51,762 nucleotides of DNA, from assembly GCF_004010195.1 (NCBI RefSeq), contig NC_057718.1, forward strand, positions 74,444,210 to 74,495,971. The letters are read 5' to 3'. The DNA comes from Chiloscyllium plagiosum. Taxonomy: Eukaryota. The notes beneath the pieces were generated by a model, which saw only the letters and a program-made list of their open reading frames with translations, did no database searches and was not told where the DNA came from. Below are positions 23,520 to 35,379 of the stretch, piece by piece. Within the stretch, counting starts at the first letter, position 1. Each line of letters starts with the position of its first letter. Position numbers and translations under genes: made by a program.

Positions 23520-25347
23520 TGTGGACTTCATGAAGTCTTGTGGCTTCTGGTAAACAAGGGCAAGGAAACCTCCTGTTGATCACCACGTATCATCCTCCCT
23601 TGACTGATGAATTCATAATCCTCCATGTTGAACACCACTTAGAAGAAACTCTGAGGATGGCAAGGGCACAAAAATGTACTCTGGATAGAGAATTTCAATG
23701 TCTACCACTGAAGGTCTGAAACCTGAATATAGGCTGAGGTAACTAGTTGTTGTCAGGGGTATGCTGAGGTAATTAGTTGTTGTCAGGAACAACCACTTAA
23801 TACATGCTCTTACTAACTTAGGTGGCAACAAAATGGCTTCCTAATGCAAATAACATGACAAAATGGCTCCTCGGCTGCAAATTGACAATTCTGCTCAAAG
23901 CTGCATAAGATGGCTTTTAACCCTGCTATAGCTGCATAATTGATTAACCACAGTCTGCCTCAACAAAGATTACCAGACAGTGCTTCCTTTACAGCACAGA
24001 AATAACTAGACTAGATAAGACATTACTGGCTATCCTATAACTGACCTTCAAGTGCAGGTTCGTGAGATAAGAATGGCTTGAGTATTGGAAAGCAAAGTTG
24101 GTTCCCAGAAAATATCATTGGGTTTAGTTGCTGTCAATAAAACTATTCCGTCAATTGATTGGTCATTATATACGATTATGGCCTGTACCTCTCTTTAAGA
24201 AAAGTATAAAAGTCTAAGGAACACAGAAGTATTTAACCTCTGTCTTTCTGGACTATCTGTGCCCGGCCATATGAGAAATAAAGTGTGAAGTCTTAAAGAA
24301 CCAGACCAATTGCTAGTGTTTATTGACCGATCGCGGAAACAAGAGACTCCACAGAGGGTTGAGATCTTCACCACTAAGAGTCGCTTGGTATCAGTACTAC
24401 TGATCAAGCTGGTCGGATCCAAAAGGACTGGTCTGCAGCAGGTGGTTAGGGAATTGACAAGAGAGGAAAACATATAGCAATGTGCTGCAGATGCATCTAT
24501 CCATGACAGTATTAGTAAGAGTGACCACTGCATTGTCCTTGTGCAGATGAAGTCCTGCCTTCACATTTAAATTAACCTCCATTATGTTCTGTGGCACTTT
24601 CACTGTGCTAAATTGGACAGACTTCCAATCTAGCAACTCAAAACTAGGTATCCAGGAGCATTCATCAACAGCAGCAGAATTGTACTCCAGCACAAACTCT
24701 AACCTTATGGCCTGGCATATCCCCCACTCAATCATTACCATCAAGCCAGGGGATCACCCCTGGTTCAATGGTGAGTGCAGGTGGGCATGCCAACTGCAGC
24801 ACCAGGCATACCTGAAAATGAGGTGTCAACCTGGTAAAGCTACCAAACAGGAGTACTCGCATGTCAACAGCATACGCAACAAGTGATACACAGAGCTAAG
24901 CGATGCCACAACCAATGGATCAGATCTCAGCTCTGTAGTCCTGACACATCCAGTTGTGAATGGTGGTGGACAATTAAACAACTCACTTGAGGAACAGGTT
25001 TCACAATTATCTCCACCTTTAATGATGGAATGGCCCAGCATTTCAGTGAAAAAGGTAAGGCTGAAGCTTTCACAGCAATCTTAAGCCAGAGGTGCTAAGT
25101 GGACAATCCATCTCAGCCTCTTCCAGGGATCCTTCAGTCAATTCGATTCACTCCATGTTATATCAAGAAATGGTTGGAAACGCTGAATACTGTAAAGCTC
25201 TGACAACATTTCAGCAGTAGTACTAGAGAATTGGTCTCCAGAATTTGCCACTTCCCTCGCCAAGTGCTTCCAGTACACTTACAACAGTGCCATCTACCTG
25301 TACATAAAAAGCAGGATAAATCCAATCCAGCCAATTGCCACCCCATC
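23520..25347 (+). mobile_element. Non-LTR retrotransposon (CR1/L2 group, distinct family) EN-linker-RT start, split by a solo LTR
   Basis: LLITTYHPP; FNVYH|ESLG (GDFNVHH-like); IKPGDHPWFNGECR; KKQDKSNPANCHPI. Confidence 0.75.
23709..24370 (+). mobile_element. Solo LTR, ERV-like
   Basis: TGAAGGTCT...AGATCTTCA termini; CCAC TSD at 23705-23708 and 24371-24374; ATTGG 24158; TATAAAA 24205; AATAAA 24277; tandem repeats in U3. Confidence 0.85.
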
Positions 25348-25349
25348 GT

Positions 25350-25616
25350 AGAGTCATAGAGTCATAGAGACAACCCAACCCAATCTAGTCCCACCTGCCA
25401 GCACCCGGTCCATATCCCTCCAAACCCTTCCTATTCATATACCCATCCAAATGTCTCTTAAATATTGCAATTGTACCAGCCTCCACCACTTCCTCTGGCA
25501 GCTCATTCCATATACATACCACCCTCTGTGTGAAACAGTTGCCCCGTAAGACTCTTTTATATCTTTCCCCTCTCACCCTAAACCTATGCCCTCTAGTTCT
25601 AGACTCACCGACCCCA
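25350..25616 (-). mobile_element. CR1 3' end
   Basis: FTQRVVCIWNELPEEVVEAGTIAIFKRHLDGYM; (CTATGACT)n tail. Confidence 0.9.
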
Positions 25617-26740
25617 GGAGAAAGTGAGGTCTGCAGATGCTGGAGATCAAAGTTGAAACTTTATTGCTGGAACAGCACAGCAGGTCAGGCAGCATCCAGG
25701 GAACAGGAGATTCGACGTTTCGGGCACAGGCCCTTCCTCAGGAATGAGCAGAGAGTGTTCAGCAGGAGAAGATAAAAGGTAGGGAGGAGGGACTTGGAGG
25801 AGGGGAGTTGGAAATGTGATAGGTGGAAAGAGGTCAAGGTGAGGGTGATAGGTCGGAGGCGGAGAGGTCAAGAAGAAGACAGCAGGTCAGGAAGGCGGTG
25901 CCGGGCGGGAAGGATCCGGCTGAGACAAGGTGGGCACCTTCCCTTGCAACCGCAGGAGGTGCAACACTTGCGCCCACACCTCCCCCCTCACTTCCCTCCA
26001 AGGCCCCAAAGGAAACTTCCATATCCGCCACAGATTCACCTGCACCTCCACCCACATCATCTACTGCATCCGCTGCAGCCGGTGTGCCCTCCTCTATATT
26101 NNNNNNNNNNNNNNNNNNNNNNNNNNNNNNNNNNNNNNNNNNNNNNNNNNNNNNNNNNNNNNNNNNNNNNNNNNNNNNNNNNNNNNNNNNNNNNNNNNNN
26201 NNNNNNNNNNNNNNNNNNNNNNNNNNNNNNNNNNNNNNNNNNNNNNNNNNNNNNNNNNNNNNNNNNNNNNNNNNNNNNNNNNNNNNNNNNNNNNNNNNNN
26301 NNNNNNNNNNNNNNNNNNNNNNNNNNNNNNNNNNNNNNNNNNNNNNNNNNNNNNNNNNNNNNNNNNNNNNNNNNNNNNNNNNNNNNNNNNNNNNNNNNNN
26401 NNNNNNNNNNNNNNNNNNNNNNNNNNNNNNNNNNNNNNNNNNNNNNNNNNNNNNNNNNNNNNNNNNNNNNNNNGGGGAGAAAGTAGCATAGAGTACAATA
26501 GGTGAATGGGTGTGGGGACGGAGGTGATAGGTCAGAGAGGAGGATGGTGGAAGGTAGCAAAGAGTACAATGGGTGAAGGGGGGGTGGGAATGAAGGTGAC
26601 AGGCCAGAGTGGGGGGTGGAGTGGATAAGTGGAAAGGAAGATAGGCAGGTAGGACAGGTCATGGGGACAGTGCTGAGCTCGAAGGTTGGAGCTGGGGTGA
26701 GGTGGGGGGAGGGGAAATGAGAAAACTGGTGAAATCCACA
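25617..26740. mobile_element. Penelope-like element remnant (inverted pLTR plus GIY-YIG), containing a gap
   Basis: Minus-strand pLTR at 25617-25925. Plus-strand GTFPCNRRRCNTC...FTCTSTHIIYCIRCSRCALLYI at 25930-26100. N-gap at 26101-26473. Confidence 0.85.
25710..25745 (-). ncRNA. Minimal type I hammerhead ribozyme motif (best-preserved copy)
   Basis: ATTC-CTGAGGA-A-GGGC-CTGT-GCCC-GAAA-CG-TC-GAAT: full core, perfect helices I and II, palindromic ACGT. Confidence 0.8.
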
Positions 26741-27240
26741 AAGTACAGGACCCACCACCGATCCTTGTGGCATTCCACTGGTTACAGGCTTCCAGTCTGA
26801 AAAGCAACCCTCCACCACCACCCTCTGTCTTCTACCTTTGAGCCAGTTCTGTACGCAAATGGCTAATTCTCCCTGTATTCTATGAGATCTAACCTTGCTA
26901 ATCAGTCTCCCATGGGGAACCTTGTTGAACGCCTTACTGAAGTCCATATAGATCACATCTACTGCTCTGCCCTCACCAATCTTCTTTGTTACTTCTTCAA
27001 AAAACTCAACCAAGTTTATGAGACATGATTTCCCATGCACAAAACCATGTTCATTATCCCTAATCAGTCCTTGCCTTTCCAAATACATGTACATCCTATC
27101 CCTCAGGATTCCCTCCAACAACTTGCCCACGACCGACATCAGGCTCACCGGTCTATAGTTCCCCGGCTTGTCCCTGCCACCCTTCTTGAAGAGTGGCACC
27201 ACATTAGCCAACCTCCAGTCTTCCGGCACCTCACCTTGAT
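26741..27240 (-). mobile_element. CR1 RT N-terminal fragment
   Basis: VPEDWRLANVVPLFKKG...YMDFSKAFNKVPH...GMPQGSVVGP. Confidence 0.92.
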
Positions 27241-27718
27241 TTATTAGTCCTACCTGGTGCCTGCCTGCCCTGACTGTCTGACTCGCTTCTGTTCTCAACT
27301 GTACCAGTCTCAGATTGATCTCTTTCCTCACTATCTCCCTGGATGCCACCACTCCCCTCCCCCCCAATTTTATTAGTTTAAATCTTCCTGAGCAGCTCTT
27401 GCAAATCTCCCTGCCAATATATTATTCCCCTTCCAATTTAGTTGCAATCTGTCCTTCTTGTACAGGTCACTTCTACCCCAAAAGAGATTCCAATGATCCA
27501 AAAATGTAAATCCTTCCCCTATACACCAGCTCCTCAGCCATGCATTCATCTGCTCTATCCTCCTATTCCTGCCCTCACTAGTTCTTAGCACCGGGAGTAA
27601 TTCTGATATTACTACTCTCGAGGACCTTTTCAAATTTCGGCCTAACTTTCTGTAATCTCCCTTCAGAATCTCAACCTTTTCCCTTCCTATGTCGTTGGTT
27701 CCAATGTGGACAATGACC
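27241..27718 (-). mobile_element. CR1 ORF1 SGNH-esterase C-terminus and spacer
   Basis: VVIVHIGTNDIG...VVISELLPV...DLYKKDRLQLN...GRFARAAQEDLN*. Confidence 0.85.
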
Positions 27719-27882
27719 ACTTGCTGGCCCCATTGCCAGACCATAGCAACACGACGATTGGAGGAAGAATACCTCATCTTCCGCCTAGGAACCCTCCAAC
27801 CACAAGGGATGAACTCAGATTTCTCTGTTCCTTGGATGCTGCCTGACCTGCTGCGCTTTTCCAGCAACACATTTTCAGCTTT
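27719..27882 (+). mobile_element. PLE GIY-YIG C-terminus fused to a pLTR piece
   Basis: RRLEEEYLIFRLGTLQPQGMNSDF followed by GGATGCTGCCTGACCTGCTG. Confidence 0.8.
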
Positions 27883-27884
27883 TG

Positions 27885-28130
27885 TCTCTGGACAGTACCC
27901 AGGCTTGGGCTAACAAGTGGCAAGTAACATCGCAAACTCCCCTCCAAACCACACACCATCCTAAATTGGAAGTATATCTCTGTTACTCTCCAATTATTCG
28001 ATCAAAATCTTGGAACTCTCACCTAACAGAAGTGTGGGAGTACCTAAACTGCAAAGATAGCAGTTGTTCAAGAAGGTAGCTCATCACCAGCTTCTCCAGG
28101 GCAATTAGGGATGGTCACTAAATGTCAGTC
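27885..28130 (+). mobile_element. 3' part of a LINE, probably the same family as 23520-25347
   Basis: LDSTQAWANKWQVT; FKKVAHHQLL-like terminus. Confidence 0.6.
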
Positions 28131-28137
28131 ATAGAGT

Positions 28138-29571
28138 CAAAGAACAAAGAATAAAGACAGCCCAGGAACAGGCCCTTTAGCCCTCCAAGCCTTAGCTGAT
28201 CCAAATCCACTGTCTAAACCTATCGCCCAACTCCTCTGCTCCCCACCTATTCATGCATCTGTCCAGACCCACCTTAAAACAATCTACTGTGCCTGCCTCT
28301 ACTACCTCTGCTGGCAATGCATTCCAGGCACCTACCACTCTCTGTGTAAAGTACTTTCTGCATGTATCCTCCTTAAACTTTCCACCTCTCACCTTGAACA
28401 TGTAACCTTTCATTATTGAATCGCTCACCCTGGGAAAAAGCTTGTCTCTATCCACCCTGTCTATACCCTTCATGATTTTATAAACCTCAATCAGTCCCCC
28501 CACAATCTCCTAACCTACTCAACCTCTCTTTGTAGCTATCACCTTCTATACCAGGCAACATCCTCGTAAGGGGAAAGTGAGGTCTGCAGATGCTGGAGAT
28601 CGGAGCTGAAAATGTATTGCTAGAACAGCGCAGCAGGTCAGGCAGCATGTAGGGAACTGGAGAATCGACGTTTCGGGCATAAGCCTTTCCTGAAGAAGGG
28701 CTTATGCCCAAAACGTTGATTCTCCTGTTCCCTGGATGCTGCCTGACCTGCTGCGCTGTTCCAGCAACACATTTTCAGCAACATCCTCGTAAACCTTGTC
28801 TGCACCCTCTCCAAAGTATCCACATCCTTTTGGTTATGTGGCGACCAGAACTGTACACAGTATTCTAAATGCGGCCGAACCAACATCTTGTACAATTTTA
28901 ACATGACCTGCTGGTTCTTATACTCAATACCCCATCCAATGAAAGCAAGCATACCATATGCCTTTTTAACCACTCTATCCATCTGTACAACCACCTTCAG
29001 GGTACAATGGACCTGAACTCCCAGATCTCTCTGCTCATCAACTTTTCTCAAGGCTCTTCCGTTTGCTCTGGTATGAGACTTCCCAAAATGCATCACCTCA
29101 CATTTACCTGGATTGAACTCCATCTGCCACTTCTCCGCCCAACTCTCCAGTCTATCTATATTTTCCTATATTCTTTGACAGTCCCCTATACTTTCTGCTA
29201 CTCCACCAATCTTCGTGTCATCTGCAAACGTACTGATCAGACCAACAGTGCCCTCTTCCAGATACTTTATGAATATCACAAACAACAGTGGTCCCAGTAC
29301 TGATCCCTGCAGAACACCACTGGTCACCTTTCTCCATTTCGAGAGCTCCTTTCAACTACTACTCTCTGTCTCTTGTTGCTCAACCAGTTCTTTATCCTCC
29401 TAGCTAGAACACCCTGCACACCATGTGACTTCACTTTCTCCATTAGTTTACAATGGGGAACCATATCAAACGCCTTATTAAATTCCATGTATATGACATC
29501 TACAGCCCTTCCTTTATCTATCAACTTAGTCACTTCCTCAAAGAACTCTATTAAGTTGGTAAGGCACGATC
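28138..29571 (-). mobile_element. CR1 RT-to-tail fragment
   Basis: SCLTNLIEFFEEV, EFNPGKCEVMHFG, RPHLEYCVQFWSP, FTQRVVGAWNALP. Confidence 0.92.
28570..28777. mobile_element. Inverted PLE-pLTR-derived element inside CR1
   Basis: Two opposed pLTR arms meeting in the hammerhead region. Perfect 15-bp TSD GCAACATCCTCGTAA at 28555-28569 and 28778-28792. Confidence 0.88.
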
Positions 29572-30480
29572 TCATAGTCATAGAAACATACAGCACGGAA
29601 ACAGACCCTTCGGTCCAATTCATCTGCATTGATCAAACATCCCAATCTGACCTAGTCCCATTTGCCAGCACTTGGCCCATATCAGTCTAAACCCTTCCTA
29701 TTTATGTACACATCCAGATGCCTCTTCCTCTGGCAGCTCATTCCGTACACACACCACCCTCTGCGTGAAAAGGTTACTCCTCAGGTCTCTTGTAAATCTT
29801 TTCTCTCTCACTTTAAAACTATGCCCTCTAGTTTTCGACTCCCTCACCCTAGAAAAAAGACCTTGGCTACTCACCCTATCCATGCCCCTCATGACTTTAT
29901 AAATCTTGATAAGATCACCTCTAGGTCTTCAACAGTTCAGCAAAACAAAGCCCCAGCCTATTCAGCCTCGATAGCTCAAACCCTCCTGTCCCAGCAGCAT
30001 CTTTGTAAATCTTTTCTGCTCAAGTTTAACAACATCTTTCCTATAGAAGGGTGACCAAAATTGTACTCAGTATTCCAAAAATGGCCTCAACAATGTCCTG
30101 TACAGGTGCAACATGACATCTCAATTCTATACTCAATGTTAAGACCAATGAAGGCAAACATGCGAAGTGCTTTCTTCACCACCCTGTGTACCTGCAACCC
30201 CACTTTCAAGGAACTATCCACTGGCATTCCTCAGTCTCTTTGTTTGCAACACTCCCCTACCATTAATTGGATAAGTCCCGTATTGGTTTGCCTTACCAAA
30301 ATGCAACATATCACATTTATCTAAATTAAACTCCATGTGCTGCTCCTTAGTCCTTTGGCCCATCTGATCAAGGTCCCATTATATTCTGAGATAATCTTCT
30401 TCACTGTCCTCTACATCACCTAGTTTGATGCCACCTGCAAACTGACAAATCACCTCTGCTGTATTCACATTAAAATCACC
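29572..30480 (-). mobile_element. CR1 3' fragment
   Basis: ESKTRGHSFKVR...FTQRVVCVRNELPEE; tail. Confidence 0.88.
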
Positions 30481-30644
30481 AGTCCCAACCATTGATTCTC
30501 CGATAATGAAAAAAAATTGCAAATGCCCATGTATACAGTTGAATTGATATAGGTCTAATTCTTAAATTTCTATACTGTAGGCTGAATTCTATTGAGAAAA
30601 GTACTGTCATTCATAAATTATTCAACCAGGCAAGCAGAGAATTC

Positions 30645-30746
30645 TATCTGAAGAAGGGTCACTACAATCAAAATCTTAACTCTGCTCTCTCTCTCCACAG
30701 ATGCTGCTGGATCTGCTGAGATTTTCCAGCAATTTTTGATTTCATT
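30645..30746 (+). mobile_element. Decayed PLE pLTR fragment
   Basis: CTGAAGAAGGGTCAC...CCACAGATGCTGC, homologous to 33309-33410. Confidence 0.7.
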
Positions 30747-31384
30747 TCTATCATACTCTTGGACTATGACTTGTAAATAGTGGGCAAATATTAAAGAGTC
30801 AGGAAGTGAGTTACTCACCACAGAATTCCCAGCCTCAGGACTTCTGCTGTAGCCACAGTATTGTAAAGCTGGTTTTGTTCAGCGTCTGGCCAGTGGGAAC
30901 AATTGTTAATTATCATTGCAAGTAGCTATTAGATCCAATCTAGGAAAGTGCTTTTGAGGAATATCATATGTACAGCACACATTTTTAGCAAATATTGCTT
31001 TTAACAGGAAATTGAATTGGAAACAATTGTGTGGATGAACTTTGGTGAAATACTGAGTCTTAATTTGGATTTAAAATACATCATTGGCAGATTGATCTTA
31101 ATGATGTGGACTATGGCAAGAAATCTGGGAGAGGTACATAGGAAGTTGAGCAAAGTATTTCCCAACATTGCCATTAACAAGGAGCATTTCCCAACAAAGT
31201 TCTGGGCAGTGAGACTGGATTCTTGCCAGTGGGAAGTGGCAAGTGACCTAGTAACGGGGATTATTATTCATTATCACATTCATTACTACTTGATCTCACC
31301 TCCCTACTTCAAATCGATTTTTTTCTCCCCACATCCAGTCCCTTCCTACTTACATCCGCAATTCCTCTGATGCTTTATAACACA

Positions 31385-31847
31385 GAGTCATAGAGAAGTA
31401 CAGCACAGAAACAGACCCATCGTTCCAACTCATCCATGCCGACCAGATATCTGAACCCAATCTAGTCCCACCTGCCAGCACCCAGCCCATATCCCTCCAA
31501 ACCCTTCCTATTTGTATACATATCCAGATGCCATTTAAATGTTGCAATTGTACTAGCCTCCACCACTTCCTCTGCCAGCTCATTCCATACACGTACCACC
31601 CTCTGTGTGAAAAAGTTGCCCCTTAGGTCTCTTTTATATCGTTCCCTCTCACCCTAAACCTATGCCCTCTAGTTCTGGACTCCCCCACCCAAGGGAAAAG
31701 ACTTTGTGTATATCCTATCCATGACCCTCATGATTTTATAAACCTCTATAAGGTCACCCCACAGTCTCCAATGCACCAGGGAAAACAGCCCCAGCCTATT
31801 CAGCTTCTCCCTGTAGCTCAAATCCTCCAACCCTGGCAACATCCTTG
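31385..31847 (-). mobile_element. CR1 3' fragment
   Basis: RMLPGLEDLSYREKLNRLGLFSL...GDLIEVYKIMR; tail. Confidence 0.9.
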
Positions 31848-31849
31848 CG

Positions 31850-33437
31850 GGTTCCAGCTGCCTCTTCTTTGCCATGGATATGCAATCCCTTTGCAGATTC
31901 TGCTCCTGTCAGGTTGATTCTGCTTCTTCCTGGAAAAACGGGCTTGAAATGTCCCCATCCACTAGCACTCTGCTCCACCTGTCTGAGCTCACCTTCACTG
32001 TATGCCTGTCTCTTTGTGGGGTACATGGAAGATTCCTAATTTCAGTTCTAGTCCAACCATCCAACCGTCACCAACAACTTTTTTTCTGGTATATTAATAA
32101 TAGCATCAGTGCTGCTTCTCTCTCTCATCTAGAATTGAAAACGTTTATCATTTTCGCGTCCAATTTCCACCCCTGTCTCACTTTCACCTGGTCCATTTCT
32201 GAATTCTTCCCTTCCTCAACATCTCTGTTTCCAGTTTTGGGGATAGGCTGGCTACCAATATCCACTTGGTACACTTTTGACACCTCACACCTTACTTCCT
32301 ATAAAGACTCTATTCCATTCTCCCAGTTCCTCCATCTCTGTTGTGTCTGTTCTGATGATGCCAGCTTCCACAAGAGAGCCTTCAAAATGTCCAATTTCCT
32401 CCTCAATTGAGAATTCTCCAGTACTGTAGTTGACCTGGCCCTCAGCAAGGTATGACCCATCTCCTGCACTTCAACCCTCACTCCCTCTCTTCCCTCCTTC
32501 AACAGCGATGTGACCAACCTTGTCCTTATCTACCATCCCACCAGCATCCAGATCCAGAAGATCGTTAGCCACCTCCAGTGGATGCAGTCACCAGACATAT
32601 TCCCCTCCCCTCCCTTGCCAACTCTCCACAACGACTGCTCCCTCCAGGACAACTTGGTCCACTCCTCCATCATTCTCATCACCTCCCCCACAGCCCACAG
32701 CATCTTCCCCGGCAACTTCAGAAGGTGTAACACCTGTCCATTTACTTTCTCCCTCCTCAGTATCCAAAGGTCCAAACATACATTTCAGGTGATGCAACAC
32801 TTTATCTGCACTTCACACAATCTAGTCTACTGCATTCACTGCTCGCAATATGGTCTCCTCTACATTGGGAGAATGAAGCATAGACTGTGTGACTGCTTTG
32901 CAGAACACCTATACTCCGTCCACAAAAAAGACCCTGAGCTTCCATTTGCCTGGAATACACCACCTTGTTCCCTGGCCAAAATCTCTGTCTCAGGCTTGCT
33001 GTAGTGCTCCAGCGAAGCTCAGCGCAAGGTGGAAGAACAGCACCTCATTTTCAACTTGGGAACTTGACAGCCTTCTGAACTCAATATTGAGTTCAACAAT
33101 TTGAGGGCTTCAGGCATCTTCTCCCTTGTCCTTACCCCAACTCCCACACACCAAGCCATTCATTTTCCTAGCCTGACAGTTATTTCCTCCTTTGTATGTC
33201 CAACTGTTCTTCTTTGTCTTTGGGCTATATCTCCACCAATCATTTATTCCTGAATTCTTCCCTCCAACCTATCTTCTGCATAAAAAACAACTATTTCCAG
33301 CTACCTTTAGTTCTGAAGAAGGGTCACTGGATCTGAAATGTTAGCTTTGATTTCACACCACAGATGCTGCCAGACCTGCTGAGGTTTTCCAGCAAATTCT
33401 GTTTTTGTTTCAGATTTCCAGCATCTGCAGTTCTTTC
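31850..33437 (+). mobile_element. Penelope-like element (partial RT, Cys-rich linker, GIY-YIG, pLTR); probably Neptune-type
   Basis: FFWYINN (decayed YIDD), SIPFSQFLHLCCVCSDD, RRCNTC...NLVYCIHCSQYGLLYIG; pLTR with hammerhead at 33309-33346. Confidence 0.88.
33309..33346 (+). ncRNA. Minimal hammerhead ribozyme motif
   Basis: AGTT-CTGAAGA-A-GGGTC-ACTG-GATCT-GAAA-TG-TT-AGCT. Confidence 0.65.
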
Positions 33438-34698
33438 AGGTTTGTTTCACCTTGTCAAAATGCAGGCTCCTATCCAGCCATGTGCTAGATAGAAACTAGA
33501 TGTGAAGAATTTCTGATCTGAAAGTCAGACCATGTACCTGGCAATTCCAGCTCACCACTTCCTCCTCCAAACTTCCAACATGAATATCTAGGACCAGCAT
33601 CTCAGAGCATGTTCAAAGAGAAGCAGCCGCACACATCCCAGATCCATAGATCTTGGCATACAACAATTATTAACATCTCAGCATTTCATGATTCATTCTG
33701 ATCCATTTACAAAAGCTTCTGAACTTTAATACTGCACTTTGGAGCACACTAGCACCTCCCATTGCAATGCTGCTGCAAGGACATTTTGCAGCAGAGAACT
33801 ACAGCAGCTCAAGAATTGGATTAGATTATATCTCAGGGCTTTTTGCTTGCTCTCTTAATGCTGATGTACATACCCAGATACTCACAGCCTCTCTACCTGG
33901 TCCTGCCTTGCCTTATCCTGTCTTGCCATTTTGCACTTTGCCACCTCAGAGAGAACCAACAGGCACATTGTATTTCGTTCTTTCCTTGTCTTTCATCATA
34001 TCTTATCATGCTTGTCAGCAACATTCCCACTCCAAGGTTCCTCCATTTTCCATGCATGCCAATTCACACATCAGCTATTGTCAGTAAAGGGGATGGGCAT
34101 CTTGCTGTATGGCAATCGCACAACAGCACCATGCACCAGCAGTGTTCACAGAAAACAAACACGTATTCCAACAAAACAGGTACACTTCAAAGTCTAAGGG
34201 GATGTAATCCTCAGTCAGGAACAGTAAGTCAAGGGCAGCCTCTGAAACCAGTCCCAGGGCTTGATCATGGTCAATCAGATGTTCAGGGAGGTTGAATTCA
34301 GGATCCTCTCCTTGTAGCGGGTGAGGAGGCAAATGTTGTGCACTATACCACCTGTGTTGACTCTTTCTGCCTTAACATAGGCTGTTTTTGCCTGGTATGA
34401 GAAAAGGGGAGGGATTGAGTGAATTGAAAGTTGTTGGCACAGCTGTTAGTGTTGGTATAGGTGGAGGAAAAGTGGCAAGGGGTAGTCCAAGTGAGTGAGT
34501 AGGCAGCATAGAAGCCCTGTAGTGTTAGTGATGTGTGTGCCTTGCATAAGAATGAGCGAAGGAAGATGTTTACTGCAATGGTAAGAGTCATAGAGCATGA
34601 AGCTTGGTGAAGGTGAGTTCAGTAGCAGAGATAGAAGAGTATGAAATAGCAGAGAGAAGATGTGCATGGCAGTTTCAGAATCCGCATTTTGACAAGGC

Positions 34699-34797
34699 AA
34701 AACAAAACTGGAAGAACTGGAGATGCTTGAAATCTGAAACAAAAACAGAAATTGTTGGAAAATCCCAGCAGGTCTGGCAGCATCTGTGGAGAGAAAT
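34699..34797 (-). mobile_element. PLE pLTR tail fragment
   Basis: Reverse complement of 33357-33436. Confidence 0.75.
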
Positions 34798-34799
34798 CG

Positions 34800-35334
34800 C
34801 ATGACAGAGCAGAGAAAGTCATTGTGTTTCTTCCTACATTGTTGAGCATTCCTCCAGGCAGCTGAGACTGCATTGACCTGGGCAGCAACCTTGGTCAAGG
34901 CTGGCACTTCAGACATCATGATCTCCTTTCCTCATTCTGGAGGAAGAGGAGGGGTCCTCCACTGTATCAGCTAATCTACCAGGACCTTCAGGTCCCTGTC
35001 CATAAGTAGGTTCCAGTTCCCCTTTCTCTGCCATATATGGGGCAAATATCACAAACCATGCAGAGCCACCCCAGACTGACCATGCTTGACATGTGCCCAA
35101 TACCTTTTAAAAATAGCACTGTTGCCAAAGATCTATATTCCAGCACCACCTTTGGCAGCAGTGAGTAGCAGAATTAGGCTAGAATCAGAAATCAGGGGTG
35201 CCATAGGGTGAGATAGTGAGGCTTGTTTGGGATGATACTGCAAAGAAACCTTATTAGGGCCCTGGGGGAAAACACCTTTATGAAAATTCATTTTTCCATT
35301 AACCACTTTGCTAAAATGTCTTAAGATTCAGTCC
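34800..35334 (-). mobile_element. PIF/Harbinger-like remnant: Myb/SANT exon and upstream end
   Basis: KVAAQVNAVSAAWRNAQQCRKKHNDF; start MAEKGELEP at ~35034. Confidence 0.6.
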
Positions 35335-35379
35335 AATGCCGCAATAATTCCAACCTGAGTTTCTGATACAGAAGCTGGG

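Noticed and set aside
23733..23787. CRISPR-like repeats (also 51149-51258)
   Set aside because: Tandem units without unique spacers, vertebrate context and no cas genes.
26057..27367. 436-aa ORF and other long ORFs with X runs (35422-36441, 44993-45957)
   Set aside because: Length is inflated by N-gaps; the real parts are CR1 or PLE fragments.
28690..28720. Active hammerhead at 28690 (also ~15105, 17240, 30647, 37161, ~45925)
   Set aside because: Core or cleavage-site mutations (for example GAAA to AAAA or CAAA); counted only as decayed family members.
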